IMG/VR virus record: IMGVR_UViG_3300025106_000003 | Coordinates: 1 to 56,064 of that record | Direction: 5' to 3' (one strand) | Origin: a virus | Lineage: Duplodnaviria > Caudoviricetes | Length of the DNA: 56,064 nt | Shown here: one piece after another, positions 10,333 through 20,579 of the stretch | How positions within the stretch are numbered: position 1 is the first letter of the stretch | How the letters are laid out: each line of letters starts with the position of its first letter | Notes under the pieces: generated by a model | What the model was told of the DNA's origin: nothing | The model's database searches: none | The model's input: only the letters and a program-made list of their open reading frames with translations | Made by a program: the position numbers and the translations under genes

Positions 10333-10961
10333 AACAAAAAAAAATATACATTGTAGGTATCGGAGCCACGGCTCGTGTTGGAAAAGATCTGTTTGCAGAT
10401 TATTTTGTAAAGTTTGCGCAAAATTTAGGCTATTCCGCTGGTAAGTATGCACTTGCCTCGGAGTTGAAAAATGATCTCGCGCCATTCTTGAAAGATAAGT
10501 GCGGCATGAACGTATGGACGGAGGAAACTTCGGAAAAGGCCAAATTCCGCGATCTGCTAGTCGCCTACGGAAAAATCCAACGCATGGAATCTCAAGGAAC
10601 ATACTGGACTTCTCTCCTTCTGGAAAAGATCAAGCAAGACGCGATAAATTCCATGAATGATATGGATGATGCCAGAGATTCTTATATCGCTGTGGTATCC
10701 GATATCCGCTATGACTTCTTCCCTAAAGATGAAGCTCACTGGGTTCAGAACAATAACGGCTTCCTTATCTACCTTGACAGGGACGGCATTAGCCCAGCTA
10801 ATATTGACGAGCAGGAAAATGCACCAAAAATCAAAGAAAAAGCAGACCTGTGCGTGTCTTGGGGCAATCGCGGAGAGCCTAATAGGGAAGACATGGATTC
10901 GTATCATGCCAATGTTGTAAAGATGGCTTTTTGTAAATTTATTATGGAGAAAGGTCTATAA
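10329..10961 (+). CDS. deoxynucleoside monophosphate kinase
   Basis: P-loop variant GATARVGKD, LA..LK, R.LL..YG, VVSDIRY. Confidence 0.75.
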   Translation: MKQKKIYIVGIGATARVGKDLFADYFVKFAQNLGYSAGKYALASELKNDLAPFLKDKCGMNVWTEETSEKAKFRDLLVAYGKIQRMESQGTYWTSLLLEKIKQDAINSMNDMDDARDSYIAVVSDIRYDFFPKDEAHWVQNNNGFLIYLDRDGISPANIDEQENAPKIKEKADLCVSWGNRGEPNREDMDSYHANVVKMAFCKFIMEKGL

Positions 10962-10996
10962 TTGGTGTATATACTGTAAGTAAAGGAACTGATAAA

Positions 10997-11608
10997 ATGG
11001 CTGATAAAACGCAAGTAACGGACTCGACTTTAGCTAGTCGGGTCAAAAAACACAAAGATAACGAAGCATTAAAAGAGCTTATAGCAAGACACTCAGGTAT
11101 ATATACCGCTACTTGTCGAAAATTTTTTAACTCGTCGTCGTATAACTACTTCCAAACAGACCTTCTTTCGGAGAAGGATTTGATTATTTACGAAGCGGCA
11201 CTCACCTACGACAAAACAAAAAAGTGCAAATTCTCAACTTGGCTAGCCAATAGGGCGCGCTACCATTGTTTGAACTCTTTTGCGAAACAGTCTCGCGTAC
11301 TGCATCCAGACGGCGAAAATTCCGAGCAGATTATTTCCGATTCGCATTCTTGCTTACTTGCCAGAGAGGCCGACTATAAAGAGGACAAGGATGAGCAGAT
11401 TCAGCAAATCAGAATGATCCTTGAAGATATGGAGGATGAAAGCGTAAAGAAAGTAATCCAAAAAAAATACTTCGGGAACCAGCGCGGAGAGAACGTGACC
11501 TTTTTAGAGATAGCCAACGAACTCAAGGTTTCCAGACAGACTGTATTGAACTGGCATAAAAAATTCATTAAATATGTTCAGGGAAAAAAGCATCACATCA
11601 AAAAATAA
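10997..11608 (+). CDS. phage RNA polymerase sigma factor (sigma70 family)
   Basis: Region 2 (EAALTYD..K..KFSTWL) and region 4 HTH (TFLEIANELKVSRQTV). Confidence 0.8.
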   Translation: MADKTQVTDSTLASRVKKHKDNEALKELIARHSGIYTATCRKFFNSSSYNYFQTDLLSEKDLIIYEAALTYDKTKKCKFSTWLANRARYHCLNSFAKQSRVLHPDGENSEQIISDSHSCLLAREADYKEDKDEQIQQIRMILEDMEDESVKKVIQKKYFGNQRGENVTFLEIANELKVSRQTVLNWHKKFIKYVQGKKHHIKK

Positions 11609-11611
11609 TAG

Positions 11612-11643
11612 TTGACATTCAACCCAAAACCAATTAGTATAAT
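11612..11643 (+). promoter_or_regulatory. sigma70-type promoter, probably leaderless
   Basis: TTGACA-17nt-TAGTAT overlapping TATAAT; ATG at 11650. Confidence 0.55.
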
Positions 11644-11649
11644 AACACT

Positions 11650-11943
11650 ATGAGTAATACAAACGAAGAAAAGAAAGACATCGGTGCCCTTTGGGCAAGA
11701 ACATCAAAGGCTGGGGCAACGTTCCTGTCTGGCAAGATCACAGTGGATGGTCAGGAGGTCGAAATTATCGCCTTCAAGAACACGTATAAGAAACCGGGAG
11801 ACAAGACTCCAGATTGGCGCGTGTACCCTAGCACTCCCCTAGGGCAGGGTGCAGGAGCTTCAAAGCCAGCCGCAAAAACTGAGGCAAGACCCGCTAAGGC
11901 CGCAGCCGCCGCAGTAGCACAGGACGACGACATCCCGTTCTAA
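11650..11943 (+). CDS. DUF736-like ssDNA-binding protein with SSB-type acidic tail
   Basis: IGALWARTSKAG..FLSG...PDWRV; C-terminal DDDIPF. Confidence 0.7.
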   Translation: MSNTNEEKKDIGALWARTSKAGATFLSGKITVDGQEVEIIAFKNTYKKPGDKTPDWRVYPSTPLGQGAGASKPAAKTEARPAKAAAAAVAQDDDIPF

Positions 11944-11947
11944 TAAA

Positions 11948-13042
11948 GTGTCGAGCAACTTCTCTGTTGAAGCGCCGATAAACACTCTCAGCTTTGGGAA
12001 TGTCGCATTCGGTATCCTAAATGAGCTTCGGGTTAGAGGCTTCGCCCCGCCAATTAAAAGCGTGGGCGATAAGGCAGACCTCTCTAACCTCAGGGAGAAC
12101 CATCCTATTTTTGACTGGGTGGAAAGAGGCATGGCATCTTTTGAGGAGCGACACCAGAGAAGTAGTCCCATCTTGAAGATATGGCACATAAGCAATAGTC
12201 TACAGTCTTATTCAAATAAGCAGTATCTCTTTACCTTTTATGAGTTGGACTCCCCAACTCCTACTGAGGTTAATATCCTTAAAAATCAGGAGAGGGTTTT
12301 AGTCTCTTCGAAATATACCAAAGAGGTGTTCGAAAGTGCTGGCGTTGAAAACGTTGTATATTGCCCTCTCGGATTTGATAGCGAAAACTACCATAAGGTT
12401 TCTGTTCGCCGCCCCACGGCGAAGGTTATTTTTGGTCTAGTAGGTAAGCTTGAAAAAAGGAAGGCTCACCACAAGGTTTTGAAGGCGTGGTCGAAGAGGT
12501 ATGGCAATAACAAAAACTACATGCTCAACTGCGCCATCCAGAATCCTTTCATCTCTGGAGAGGAGCAAAGTCGGGCAATCCTTGGGATGCTTGGAGGGGA
12601 ACGCTTCTTCAACATCAACTTCCTAGGCTTTATGCCCTCAAACGCTCTCTATAATGAGTTTCTTAACTCAAATGACATCATACTTGGCATGTCACACGCA
12701 GAGGGGTTTGGTCTACCAGAGTTCCACTCTTTGGGACTTGGCAAGCACGGGGTTATCTTAAATGCTCACGCTTACAAGGATTGGGCTAACTCCAAGAACG
12801 CGGTTCTAGTAAATCCCACTGGCAAAATTGACGCAGCTGACGGTGTCTTTTTTAGAAACGGTGGAGATTACAATCAGGGTCAATACTACGACTGGAACGA
12901 GGATGAGTTTATTGCCGCCTGCGAGGCCTCTGAAAAGAGATTCCTTGACTCTCCACTTAATGAAGAGGGTTTGAAGCTGCAACAGGAGTTCACTTACTCC
13001 AAGACTTGCGACATCATAGTTCCGCTAGTAACCGCTGGATAA
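11948..13042 (+). CDS. GT4 glycosyltransferase
   Basis: GKLEKRK, SHAEGFGLP motifs. Confidence 0.8.
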   Translation: MSSNFSVEAPINTLSFGNVAFGILNELRVRGFAPPIKSVGDKADLSNLRENHPIFDWVERGMASFEERHQRSSPILKIWHISNSLQSYSNKQYLFTFYELDSPTPTEVNILKNQERVLVSSKYTKEVFESAGVENVVYCPLGFDSENYHKVSVRRPTAKVIFGLVGKLEKRKAHHKVLKAWSKRYGNNKNYMLNCAIQNPFISGEEQSRAILGMLGGERFFNINFLGFMPSNALYNEFLNSNDIILGMSHAEGFGLPEFHSLGLGKHGVILNAHAYKDWANSKNAVLVNPTGKIDAADGVFFRNGGDYNQGQYYDWNEDEFIAACEASEKRFLDSPLNEEGLKLQQEFTYSKTCDIIVPLVTAG

Positions 13043-13852
13043 AATCCTATTTTTCAAGGTCAGGAAATTGGCCCCACGATTCTTCTCAAACATATGTATG
13101 AATGGGATGAATCCGCTCATGGTTCCTTCTTGCAATGCCGCTGTTTGAGCTTTTGTTGGTAGAGGGCTAGTTCCCTTATGGTTGAATGTCATAATTGGAA
13201 AGTCTGAAAAGTTAATTGGCACAAGGCCATTTTTGCTAAATGAGTAAGAAAAGCAAGGCTCATCAACTGCGCCGCCCTCATAAAATCTTTTCATCCCTAA
13301 TTCCGAGTAATTGACGAAGCAGTATTCCGCTTCGCCAAAAATACGAGAAAGCTTTTCGCTGTAATTCTTGTTGAAGAATATCAACCCCCCGTGAGTCTCC
13401 ATCGGAGAAGTGCCTAATCGCCCACAAATTTCTCCCCAGTAACCCCAATGCCATTTGGCATTTTCTTTTGCGCCAAGCAAGCTTACGGGCTGATTATTTT
13501 TCTTTAAAAAATCCCACGCGGCATCTGTAGGAAACGCGCAAAGCATGTCAACATCCAGAAGCATAGTATATTCGTGATTCAAGTACTTTTCAAGGCGCAA
13601 GCGAGGCAACAAACACTTCTTCTCAAAATTTGTCTTACACATTCCAAATAAGGGATCACTCTCAACGTCTATGTGCATAACCCTGTTGAATACTCGGAGA
13701 GATTCTGCGTAGCGAGCCTCCTTGGCTGATCCAGTCAAAATATCTACTGGGCGCGTATCCTTATTCTTCCTCAACGTCAAAATCAAGTCTATCGCATCGC
13801 CAATATACTGACATCCCAAACCCAAAAGGAGATAACCTTCTTTCATATTCAT
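13025..13852 (-). CDS. GT-A fold glycosyltransferase (GT8-like)
   Basis: LLDVDML DxD motif, HGGLIFF, DEP. Confidence 0.6.
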   Translation of the reverse strand: MNMKEGYLLLGLGCQYIGDAIDLILTLRKNKDTRPVDILTGSAKEARYAESLRVFNRVMHIDVESDPLFGMCKTNFEKKCLLPRLRLEKYLNHEYTMLLDVDMLCAFPTDAAWDFLKKNNQPVSLLGAKENAKWHWGYWGEICGRLGTSPMETHGGLIFFNKNYSEKLSRIFGEAEYCFVNYSELGMKRFYEGGAVDEPCFSYSFSKNGLVPINFSDFPIMTFNHKGTSPLPTKAQTAALQEGTMSGFIPFIHMFEKNRGANFLTLKNRILSSGY

Positions 13853-14667
13853 TCTAAAGAGTTAATAATGTCTGCAATTTTACACAGAGCGGCGCGGCGA
13901 GAACAATACTGTTCGGCAAAAACCCTCTGGTTTTGAAGGATGCTTTTTTGAAGACCCAAGTCCCCCTCTATTTTGCGATAGTTTTCTTCAAAGTCCGCAA
14001 AGTCAGAACTCACGGGGATAAAGTGAACCCAAGGTTCCAAAAATGGAAAGAACCACTCTCTATACGTCCTAGCGGTCATAAATACTATTCTATTCGATGC
14101 CAAGAGGAGCTTGAGTCTGGCCGACCAGCCAGCACCTTTTATATCAAAGAGATATTTCCACGAGCGCGCCTGATCCTGCATGGTCATGTATGAACTTGTA
14201 TGCAAATGTAAATTACTTGGATCTTTTCGGTTCCAAGTGTTCTCCCGAAAATCACAGAAGCTGCGATTATGATGTCCGTAACGGAGTAGAACTTCGCGAT
14301 CATAGCAGGTAACAGCTCCAATCCATCCGATCTTATTAGACAAAGGTTCGCCCAAATCAGCTAGAGCTGCGCGCTCGACCTCGTAGTCTGGTATTCCAAT
14401 TTCAGGCCATCCGTCGTACATAAAGTCGGGGAACGCATCGCGACAATCATCCCAAAAAGAGGAAAAATGAAACAAAGGAACGGAAGGTTCGCCCACGGAA
14501 GCCGGGCGATCATCGACATTCAAGATGAAAGAAAAATCTTTAGTTATATTGAATATGGTTACCGCCTCCCTTATCAACTTCTCCATACTTACCCCTCGAC
14601 TTTCATAGCAGTTGACGTGCTGAAAGCCAATCTCCCCTTTCTCCTGCTTTACTTTTAAAATAGGCAT
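13849..14667 (-). CDS. glycosyltransferase family 90 (CAP10-like)
   Basis: WKYLFDIKGAGWSARLKLLL, EWFFPFLEPWVHFIPV. Confidence 0.8.
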   Translation of the reverse strand: MPILKVKQEKGEIGFQHVNCYESRGVSMEKLIREAVTIFNITKDFSFILNVDDRPASVGEPSVPLFHFSSFWDDCRDAFPDFMYDGWPEIGIPDYEVERAALADLGEPLSNKIGWIGAVTCYDREVLLRYGHHNRSFCDFRENTWNRKDPSNLHLHTSSYMTMQDQARSWKYLFDIKGAGWSARLKLLLASNRIVFMTARTYREWFFPFLEPWVHFIPVSSDFADFEENYRKIEGDLGLQKSILQNQRVFAEQYCSRRAALCKIADIINSLE

Positions 14668-14668
14668 A

Positions 14669-15352
14669 TTATACCTTGTAGTTATGAACTAGCGTAGCCC
14701 TGTAATCTGCCTCCCGCATCCGCCCATCGACATAATGTACAGGGATATTAGACACCTCTTCCCAGTGACCAAATGTCAATCCGGCCTTCCTAGCAACAAG
14801 TGTGGAAATTAAGTCCATGAAGTAATTGCGTGGAAACTTCTCAAACAAATCTTCAAACATGTAAAAATAGTTCCTTGATATGATTTCCTCAAAATAGCTC
14901 CTCTTGAACATTGTTGCGCCGCAGCCGGTGTGAATATACGGCTTTGGAATACATAGGTACTCGTAAAGGACATGCTCGCCGCCACCACAGAAATTAATAG
15001 GGCCGCTTATGTCAAATTTTGGCTCAATTGTAATCGGCCTATTGGTGAGAACGTCAGTCTCAAGAAGGAGAACGTGGTCATACACATCGTCGCTTAAGGC
15101 GTACTCGAAAAGGACATCGCAGTACTTAGGCCCAAAAGAGCCTACCCCACACGCTGTTTTTTTATGCCACAGATTCTCGTGATGCACAACCTCAGCAATT
15201 ATCCCGTTGGTATTGAAATACGGGGAAGGATCTTCTCCCCCAGAGTTGATCACTCTAATGGGAATATCTGGATTATGCTTCTGAAAATGGCCTAAGGTAA
15301 ACACCGCACGGTCAAAATCGTTACACATGAACATAATTGCTTTTATTTTCAT
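14669..15352 (-). CDS. GT-A fold glycosyltransferase-like protein
   Basis: LLLETDVL DxD-like motif; located in GT cluster. Confidence 0.5.
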   Translation of the reverse strand: MKIKAIMFMCNDFDRAVFTLGHFQKHNPDIPIRVINSGGEDPSPYFNTNGIIAEVVHHENLWHKKTACGVGSFGPKYCDVLFEYALSDDVYDHVLLLETDVLTNRPITIEPKFDISGPINFCGGGEHVLYEYLCIPKPYIHTGCGATMFKRSYFEEIISRNYFYMFEDLFEKFPRNYFMDLISTLVARKAGLTFGHWEEVSNIPVHYVDGRMREADYRATLVHNYKV

Positions 15353-15355
15353 AAC

Positions 15356-16303
15356 TTAATTCGATAATTTTTGAAGCATTGGGATATACTCGTTCTTTAT
15401 TATATTTTTCCACGAGAAACGAGACGCGTATTCTCTAATTTCATCTCTGCAAGACAGCGCCAATTTTGCATTTTCAGTGATGCAGTTATTAACATAAGAG
15501 ATATCCTTCAACTCTTCCTCGTCTATAACCTTGATCCAAGGCTTTGAAGTGTCAAGGTTTTGCGCGGCACACTCAGAGATAACCAAGCCCAACCCAGCAG
15601 CCAGAGCCTCTAAGCACACAAGCGGCTGTAACTCCATCTCGCTTAATAACACCAGATTGGAGAATCTTGGAAGATTTTCATTCACCTCTTCCTCAGTCCA
15701 ATTTCCAAGATAATTGGGGTCAGAAGAATCAAAGGAGGGATCTTGAATCGGGCCAGCAAAGAAGCAATTTATTCCAGCGCGTTGGAGTAAAGCCTGACGC
15801 TTAATTGGGGCAACCTTTGCGAGATATATAGAGGCAGGAAGAACTGGCGTGCCAGTGCCAGCGCCAGCGAATCTATCTATATCGACGCCATTAGGGATAA
15901 TATTCACAGAGCGCACACCTATCGAACTAAAGAATTCTGACTCCCAAGATGTCAGAACTGAAAATGTACAATCCGACAAGAAATTACCCGCCACGTTGCC
16001 AAAAAAACCCTTACATGCTTCAAAATTGCCAGCGTGGCTCGTCACAAGCTTAATTGGCGCTCGCAGGAGCTTCATCAATTCAAAATGCTTGCCAAGATGC
16101 AAGTGGATTACATCAGGCCGGAATTCACGATATAGATCTAGGCACTTAAAAGAATCAGCATCATTAAATATTGCGACAGTATGACCTAATTTCTCCAATT
16201 CCGTTTTATACGACCACACGACTCTTTCTAGCGCGCCCCACCCAGAAACTGGAGGTATTGGCATTTCACCGGGCGCAATAAGTAGAAACTTTTTAGCTGT
16301 CAT
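15356..16303 (-). CDS. GT4 glycosyltransferase
   Basis: IPPVSGWGALERVV, IPNGVD, LVCLEALAAGL; start taken at MTAKKF. Confidence 0.8.
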   Translation of the reverse strand: MTAKKFLLIAPGEMPIPPVSGWGALERVVWSYKTELEKLGHTVAIFNDADSFKCLDLYREFRPDVIHLHLGKHFELMKLLRAPIKLVTSHAGNFEACKGFFGNVAGNFLSDCTFSVLTSWESEFFSSIGVRSVNIIPNGVDIDRFAGAGTGTPVLPASIYLAKVAPIKRQALLQRAGINCFFAGPIQDPSFDSSDPNYLGNWTEEEVNENLPRFSNLVLLSEMELQPLVCLEALAAGLGLVISECAAQNLDTSKPWIKVIDEEELKDISYVNNCITENAKLALSCRDEIREYASRFSWKNIIKNEYIPMLQKLSN

Positions 16304-16304
16304 T

Positions 16305-17060
16305 CTATTTGTGTCTGAAGAAAACGTCTTTTCGATCATTCTCGTATTGTTTGAATTTGCTGGTCACAGGTTCCCCGATCATAATCTTTGAATCCCCAAG
16401 AAGTATCCGAAACACATATTGGCCAACCCACATATCCGCATTGAAAGAGTAGCTTCCCAAAGCAAGCCTTGCCAGACAGAATCTGTCTAGAAATTTTTGC
16501 ATAGCTTTAATCTTACCGCCCACCACGCCCATGTTTATCAACTCAAGCTGCGGCAGCATCATCGAGAGCCATAAGCTGTCACGCCAACCAGCTTTTTCGT
16601 GAAGATCCATGTAGGGGAAATCCGACAGTCCGATGCTATCGTTGCACACAAAAAAATCAACACCTTCATTAGAATCTACCAGAGATGCTGGATTTTGAAT
16701 AACCGTTACATCTGAAGAGTCTGTCAGAAATACAGAATCAAACTCGTTCCACTTAGTATCGTCAAGGTACTTTCGGTAACAGAAAAAGCGCCAATCGTTA
16801 TTGGAGAAAGGGGATGACCCCACCTTTACAAATTGTATCTTATCAGTTGAGTATTCCTTTATAAACTCATCGCTCAAGTTATCGCAAAATATTCTTGCGT
16901 CGATGCCCAGCTCTTTTACAGAGCTATACCAGTTCCATATGTAGGAAATGTCGTTTTGAAGAACACGACCGTCCGCACCCACGCCCTCTATATGGGGGTC
17001 GCCAAGCTGCGGATGTTTGTTTTTTGAAAAATAAGATGTGAATATTGCCGTTCTAGACAT
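16305..17060 (-). CDS. GT-A fold glycosyltransferase-like protein
   Basis: VFLTDSSDV, INMGVVGG, FRHK C-terminus; start taken at MSRTA. Confidence 0.5.
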   Translation of the reverse strand: MSRTAIFTSYFSKNKHPQLGDPHIEGVGADGRVLQNDISYIWNWYSSVKELGIDARIFCDNLSDEFIKEYSTDKIQFVKVGSSPFSNNDWRFFCYRKYLDDTKWNEFDSVFLTDSSDVTVIQNPASLVDSNEGVDFFVCNDSIGLSDFPYMDLHEKAGWRDSLWLSMMLPQLELINMGVVGGKIKAMQKFLDRFCLARLALGSYSFNADMWVGQYVFRILLGDSKIMIGEPVTSKFKQYENDRKDVFFRHK

Positions 17061-17101
17061 AGAATATATTATCACAACGAAGAGGAGAAAACAAAGAATT
17101 T

Positions 17102-17494
17102 ATGATTTATTTATACGAACATCCGAGAACAAAAAAGATTATTGAGGTTAGTCAGGGCGCGCACGACGAGCATACATTTATCGATGACAAGGGGGTAAAA
17201 TGGAATAGGGTATTTACCGTGCCGAACGTGCAGGTTGACTCCACAACCATCAACATTGATCCCTATGACGCCCAAAAATTCGTAGAAGTCACAGGTCGCA
17301 AGAAAGGTAGCGTGGGAGATTTATTGAAATTCTCGCAAGAATTAAGCGAAAAAAGAGGCGGCGCAGACAAAGACCCCATCATTGAGAAGAGAAACAGGGA
17401 TTACAAGAAGAAATTTGGAGTAGAACATGCGTCCGTTCTGAAGCAAAAGTCTAAAAAACGATTAAAAAAGCTCGGCATAAACGTGACGCACTAA
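17102..17494 (+). CDS. FmdB-like (degenerate zinc-ribbon) hypothetical protein
   Basis: MIYLYEHP...EV.Q...RVFTVP resembles FmdB N-terminus lacking Cys. Confidence 0.45.
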   Translation: MIYLYEHPRTKKIIEVSQGAHDEHTFIDDKGVKWNRVFTVPNVQVDSTTINIDPYDAQKFVEVTGRKKGSVGDLLKFSQELSEKRGGADKDPIIEKRNRDYKKKFGVEHASVLKQKSKKRLKKLGINVTH

Positions 17495-17613
17495 CCCCGC
17501 ATACACTGAAAAAAGATCAGCGACAAAATATTTTATTCAAATTACTTTTCTCTTGCTTTCGAGGAAAAGTTTCTGTAAGATAAATACTCAATTAAATTTA
17601 AAATAACAAAACT

Positions 17614-17832
17614 ATGGCATCAAGAACGAAAAATCCCGATACTCAGAGACAAATCAAGCTCATTAAGTCTGCCCGAAAGGCCCTCGACCTTCAAACACGC
17701 GCAGCGTTCCTCTCGGAGAACGTAGGCCGAGAAATCCAGCATAAGGATCGCACCTACAAAATCACACCAAAAGGAAATTGGGTGTGCATCACGGCGAAAG
17801 AAGATATTATTCGTAATAGCTCCAAATATTAA
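17614..17832 (+). CDS. small basic hypothetical protein
   Basis: 72-aa ORF directly before RNR. Confidence 0.5.
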   Translation: MASRTKNPDTQRQIKLIKSARKALDLQTRAAFLSENVGREIQHKDRTYKITPKGNWVCITAKEDIIRNSSKY

Positions 17833-17837
17833 TTGCC

Positions 17838-20165
17838 ATGAGTCTTAAAGCACTGGCGGATTACACGCTTTACGCAAAGTATTCCCATTACCTCCCAAAC
17901 AAGAAACGCAGGGAGAGTTGGGGTGAGATCGTGGATCGCGTTTTCGGGATGCACGAAAGAAAGTTTGAGGTTCTTTTGAATACAAATGAGGATTTCAAGC
18001 AGGAATTTGATTTTACTCGCAGAATCGTGCGAAAAAAGAGAGTCTTGGGTTCTCAACGGGCGCTCCAGTTTGGAGGGCGCTGGATCGAAAAGGAGAATTT
18101 CAAGATTTATAACTGTTCAGCTACATATGTAGACCGCCCTAGAGTTTTTCAGGAGTCCATGTATGTACTTCTATGTGGCGTAGGCTTGGGCTTTTCAGTC
18201 CAAAAGCACCACATCCACAAGCTTCCGACTCTTTCTCCCGTTGGCGAAAGCTGGAAGAGGTTCAAGGTGGAGGACTCAATCGAGGGATGGGCCGATGCCG
18301 TAGGCGTAATCGTAAATAGTTATTTCCCGCAGGAAGATAATGCCTTTCCAGAATTTGCAGGAAAGACCATTCGGTACGACTTTTCAGAAATCAGGCCAGA
18401 AGGCGCGCTAATAGCTGGTCAGTTTAAGGCCCCGGGGCACGAGGGTCTAGAGAAAGCCATCAATAAGATCAAGGCAGTCATTGAGGCTAGAATTCTCAGC
18501 GAAGGATTTAATTCTGGAGAGTTTGCTGGTAAGCTTCGCCCAATCGACGCATACGATATTATTCTCCACGCCGCTGATGCGGTGCTTTCTGGAGGGGTAA
18601 GACGATCTGCCACTATCTGTCAGTTCGATGTGGACGACGAGGAAATGATGACCGCCAAGACTGGCAACTGGTTCATTGACAATCCTCAAAGGGCAAGGTC
18701 TAATAATTCCGCCGTTCTCATTAAGGGTCAGACGACGAGGGAGCAGTTTGCAAAGCTCATGACCTCCACAAAGGAGTTCGGTGAACCGGGCTTCATTTGG
18801 CTGGACAATAGGGACATCGTGTTTAATCCTTGCTGTGAGATCGGAATGATTCCGCGCACGCGTTCTGGAAAGAGCGGCGTACAAACCTGTAACCTTACAG
18901 AGATTAACGGCAAATTCTGCGAGACGGAAGAGGCTTTCTACGAGGCATGTAGGGCTTCGGCAATCCTCGGAACTATGCAGGCGTCTTACACTAACTTCAA
19001 TTATCTTACTAAGGAAACGAAGGAGATCGTGGAAACTGAAGCCCTCCTAGGATGCTCAATAACTGGTTTCATGGAAAACCCTGATATTCTCCTAAACCCT
19101 GAGATTCAAAGAAAGGGCGCAGAGGAGATCAAAAAGACAAACGCCAAGATTGCGGCAATACTTGGAATCAATCAGGCTGCGAGACTTACATGCGTAAAGC
19201 CTGCTGGCTCAACGTCTTGCATCTTGGGAACATCCTCTGGAATTCACCCACACCACGCTCGCAAATATATTCGCAGAGTGCAGGCTAATCGTAATGAATT
19301 TCCCGCCCAATGGTACAAGGCTATGAATCCGCTTGCCGTGGAGAGAAGCGTTTGGTCTGCTTCTGGAACGGACGAGGTAGTTTCTTTCTTGTGCGAGGTT
19401 CCGAAGAGGTCAATCCTTAAGAACTCATTATCCGCGAAGGCTTTTCTTGAACAGATTAAGCTCACACAGCAAAATTGGGTTGAGGCGGGGACGAATGCAC
19501 ATCTTAGCACTATTACAGAGGCTCGCCACAACGTAAGTTGCACGGTCATTGTTAAGAGGGACGAGTGGGACGAGGTGGAGGAGTTTATCTTCTCCAATCA
19601 GCAGTTTTTCTCTGGCATCTCTCTTCTTCCAGCGTCAGGAGACTTAGATTACCCTCAAGCACCATTCAGCACGGTTCTGACACCGTCCGAAATTGTAGAG
19701 GAGTATGGCGATGCATCTGTATTCGCATCGGGTCTTGTTGTCGATGGTCTAGCCGCCTTCGATGGCGACCTATGGAAGGCGTGCGATGCGGTTTTCGGTA
19801 GAGGTGAGAAGATCCCCGACAATATGACAGAGCCTGTCCAGCCAACTAAGAACGGATACTCTTTCAAGGAGTACAATCAAAAACTTATCCAGTATTTTAC
19901 CATTAAGGGAGATTACGATAATTGGTTTGAAAAGAAAGATTGGATTCGTCGCGCAAATCAGTTTGCAGAGCGTTACTTCGCTGGAGATGTCGTCAGAATG
20001 TCCCATTGTCTAAAACATGTCAGCCTATGGAAAACATGGTGCGATATGGAGCGCGAACACAAAGAGGTGGACTGGGATGATGTGGTAGAAACGGATCAGA
20101 TATTCGTTGACGTTAACACGTTGGCGGGTGCTGCTTGCAGTGGAGGCTCCTGCGAATTGAAATGA
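17838..20165 (+). CDS. nrdJ: class II (adenosylcobalamin-dependent) ribonucleotide reductase
   Basis: YNCS, LLCGVGLGFSV, GGVRRSA, NPCCEI, CNLTEIN, TCVKPAGS, C-terminal ACSGGSCE. Confidence 0.9.
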   Translation: MSLKALADYTLYAKYSHYLPNKKRRESWGEIVDRVFGMHERKFEVLLNTNEDFKQEFDFTRRIVRKKRVLGSQRALQFGGRWIEKENFKIYNCSATYVDRPRVFQESMYVLLCGVGLGFSVQKHHIHKLPTLSPVGESWKRFKVEDSIEGWADAVGVIVNSYFPQEDNAFPEFAGKTIRYDFSEIRPEGALIAGQFKAPGHEGLEKAINKIKAVIEARILSEGFNSGEFAGKLRPIDAYDIILHAADAVLSGGVRRSATICQFDVDDEEMMTAKTGNWFIDNPQRARSNNSAVLIKGQTTREQFAKLMTSTKEFGEPGFIWLDNRDIVFNPCCEIGMIPRTRSGKSGVQTCNLTEINGKFCETEEAFYEACRASAILGTMQASYTNFNYLTKETKEIVETEALLGCSITGFMENPDILLNPEIQRKGAEEIKKTNAKIAAILGINQAARLTCVKPAGSTSCILGTSSGIHPHHARKYIRRVQANRNEFPAQWYKAMNPLAVERSVWSASGTDEVVSFLCEVPKRSILKNSLSAKAFLEQIKLTQQNWVEAGTNAHLSTITEARHNVSCTVIVKRDEWDEVEEFIFSNQQFFSGISLLPASGDLDYPQAPFSTVLTPSEIVEEYGDASVFASGLVVDGLAAFDGDLWKACDAVFGRGEKIPDNMTEPVQPTKNGYSFKEYNQKLIQYFTIKGDYDNWFEKKDWIRRANQFAERYFAGDVVRMSHCLKHVSLWKTWCDMEREHKEVDWDDVVETDQIFVDVNTLAGAACSGGSCELK

Positions 20166-20578
20166 GACCCTCTTGGCCAGAATACGCAATGACTCTAGCC
20201 GTAGCGGCTAGCCTGAGAAGTGAAGATCCCTATCAGAGGGTTGGAGCATGCATTCTTAGACATGACAATTCTGTGGCCGCGCTAGGATACAATGGCGCGC
20301 CTCCGGGGGTTGAGATAGACTGGTCTGATAGGGACGCTCGCAGGGAGAGAGTTTCTCACGCAGAGGCATCAGCTTTGCGCTACATTCGGCCTGGTGAGGG
20401 TAGGATTATTGCTGTGACACTTCGCCCATGCAAGGACTGCATCAAAAATATAGCCCTCTACGGCATAAAGGAAGTTTATTACATACAAGAATATGATAGG
20501 GATGAAATCTCTGCAAAACTTGCGGGGGAGTTTGGTATTAATTTGATTAAGCTGGACAAGCTTAATACAGCACTATAA
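20162..20578 (+). CDS. dCMP deaminase
   Basis: RSEDP..RVGACI, GYNG, HAE...PCKDC; ATGA overlap with nrdJ. Confidence 0.9.
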   Translation: MRPSWPEYAMTLAVAASLRSEDPYQRVGACILRHDNSVAALGYNGAPPGVEIDWSDRDARRERVSHAEASALRYIRPGEGRIIAVTLRPCKDCIKNIALYGIKEVYYIQEYDRDEISAKLAGEFGINLIKLDKLNTAL

Positions 20579-20579
20579 T

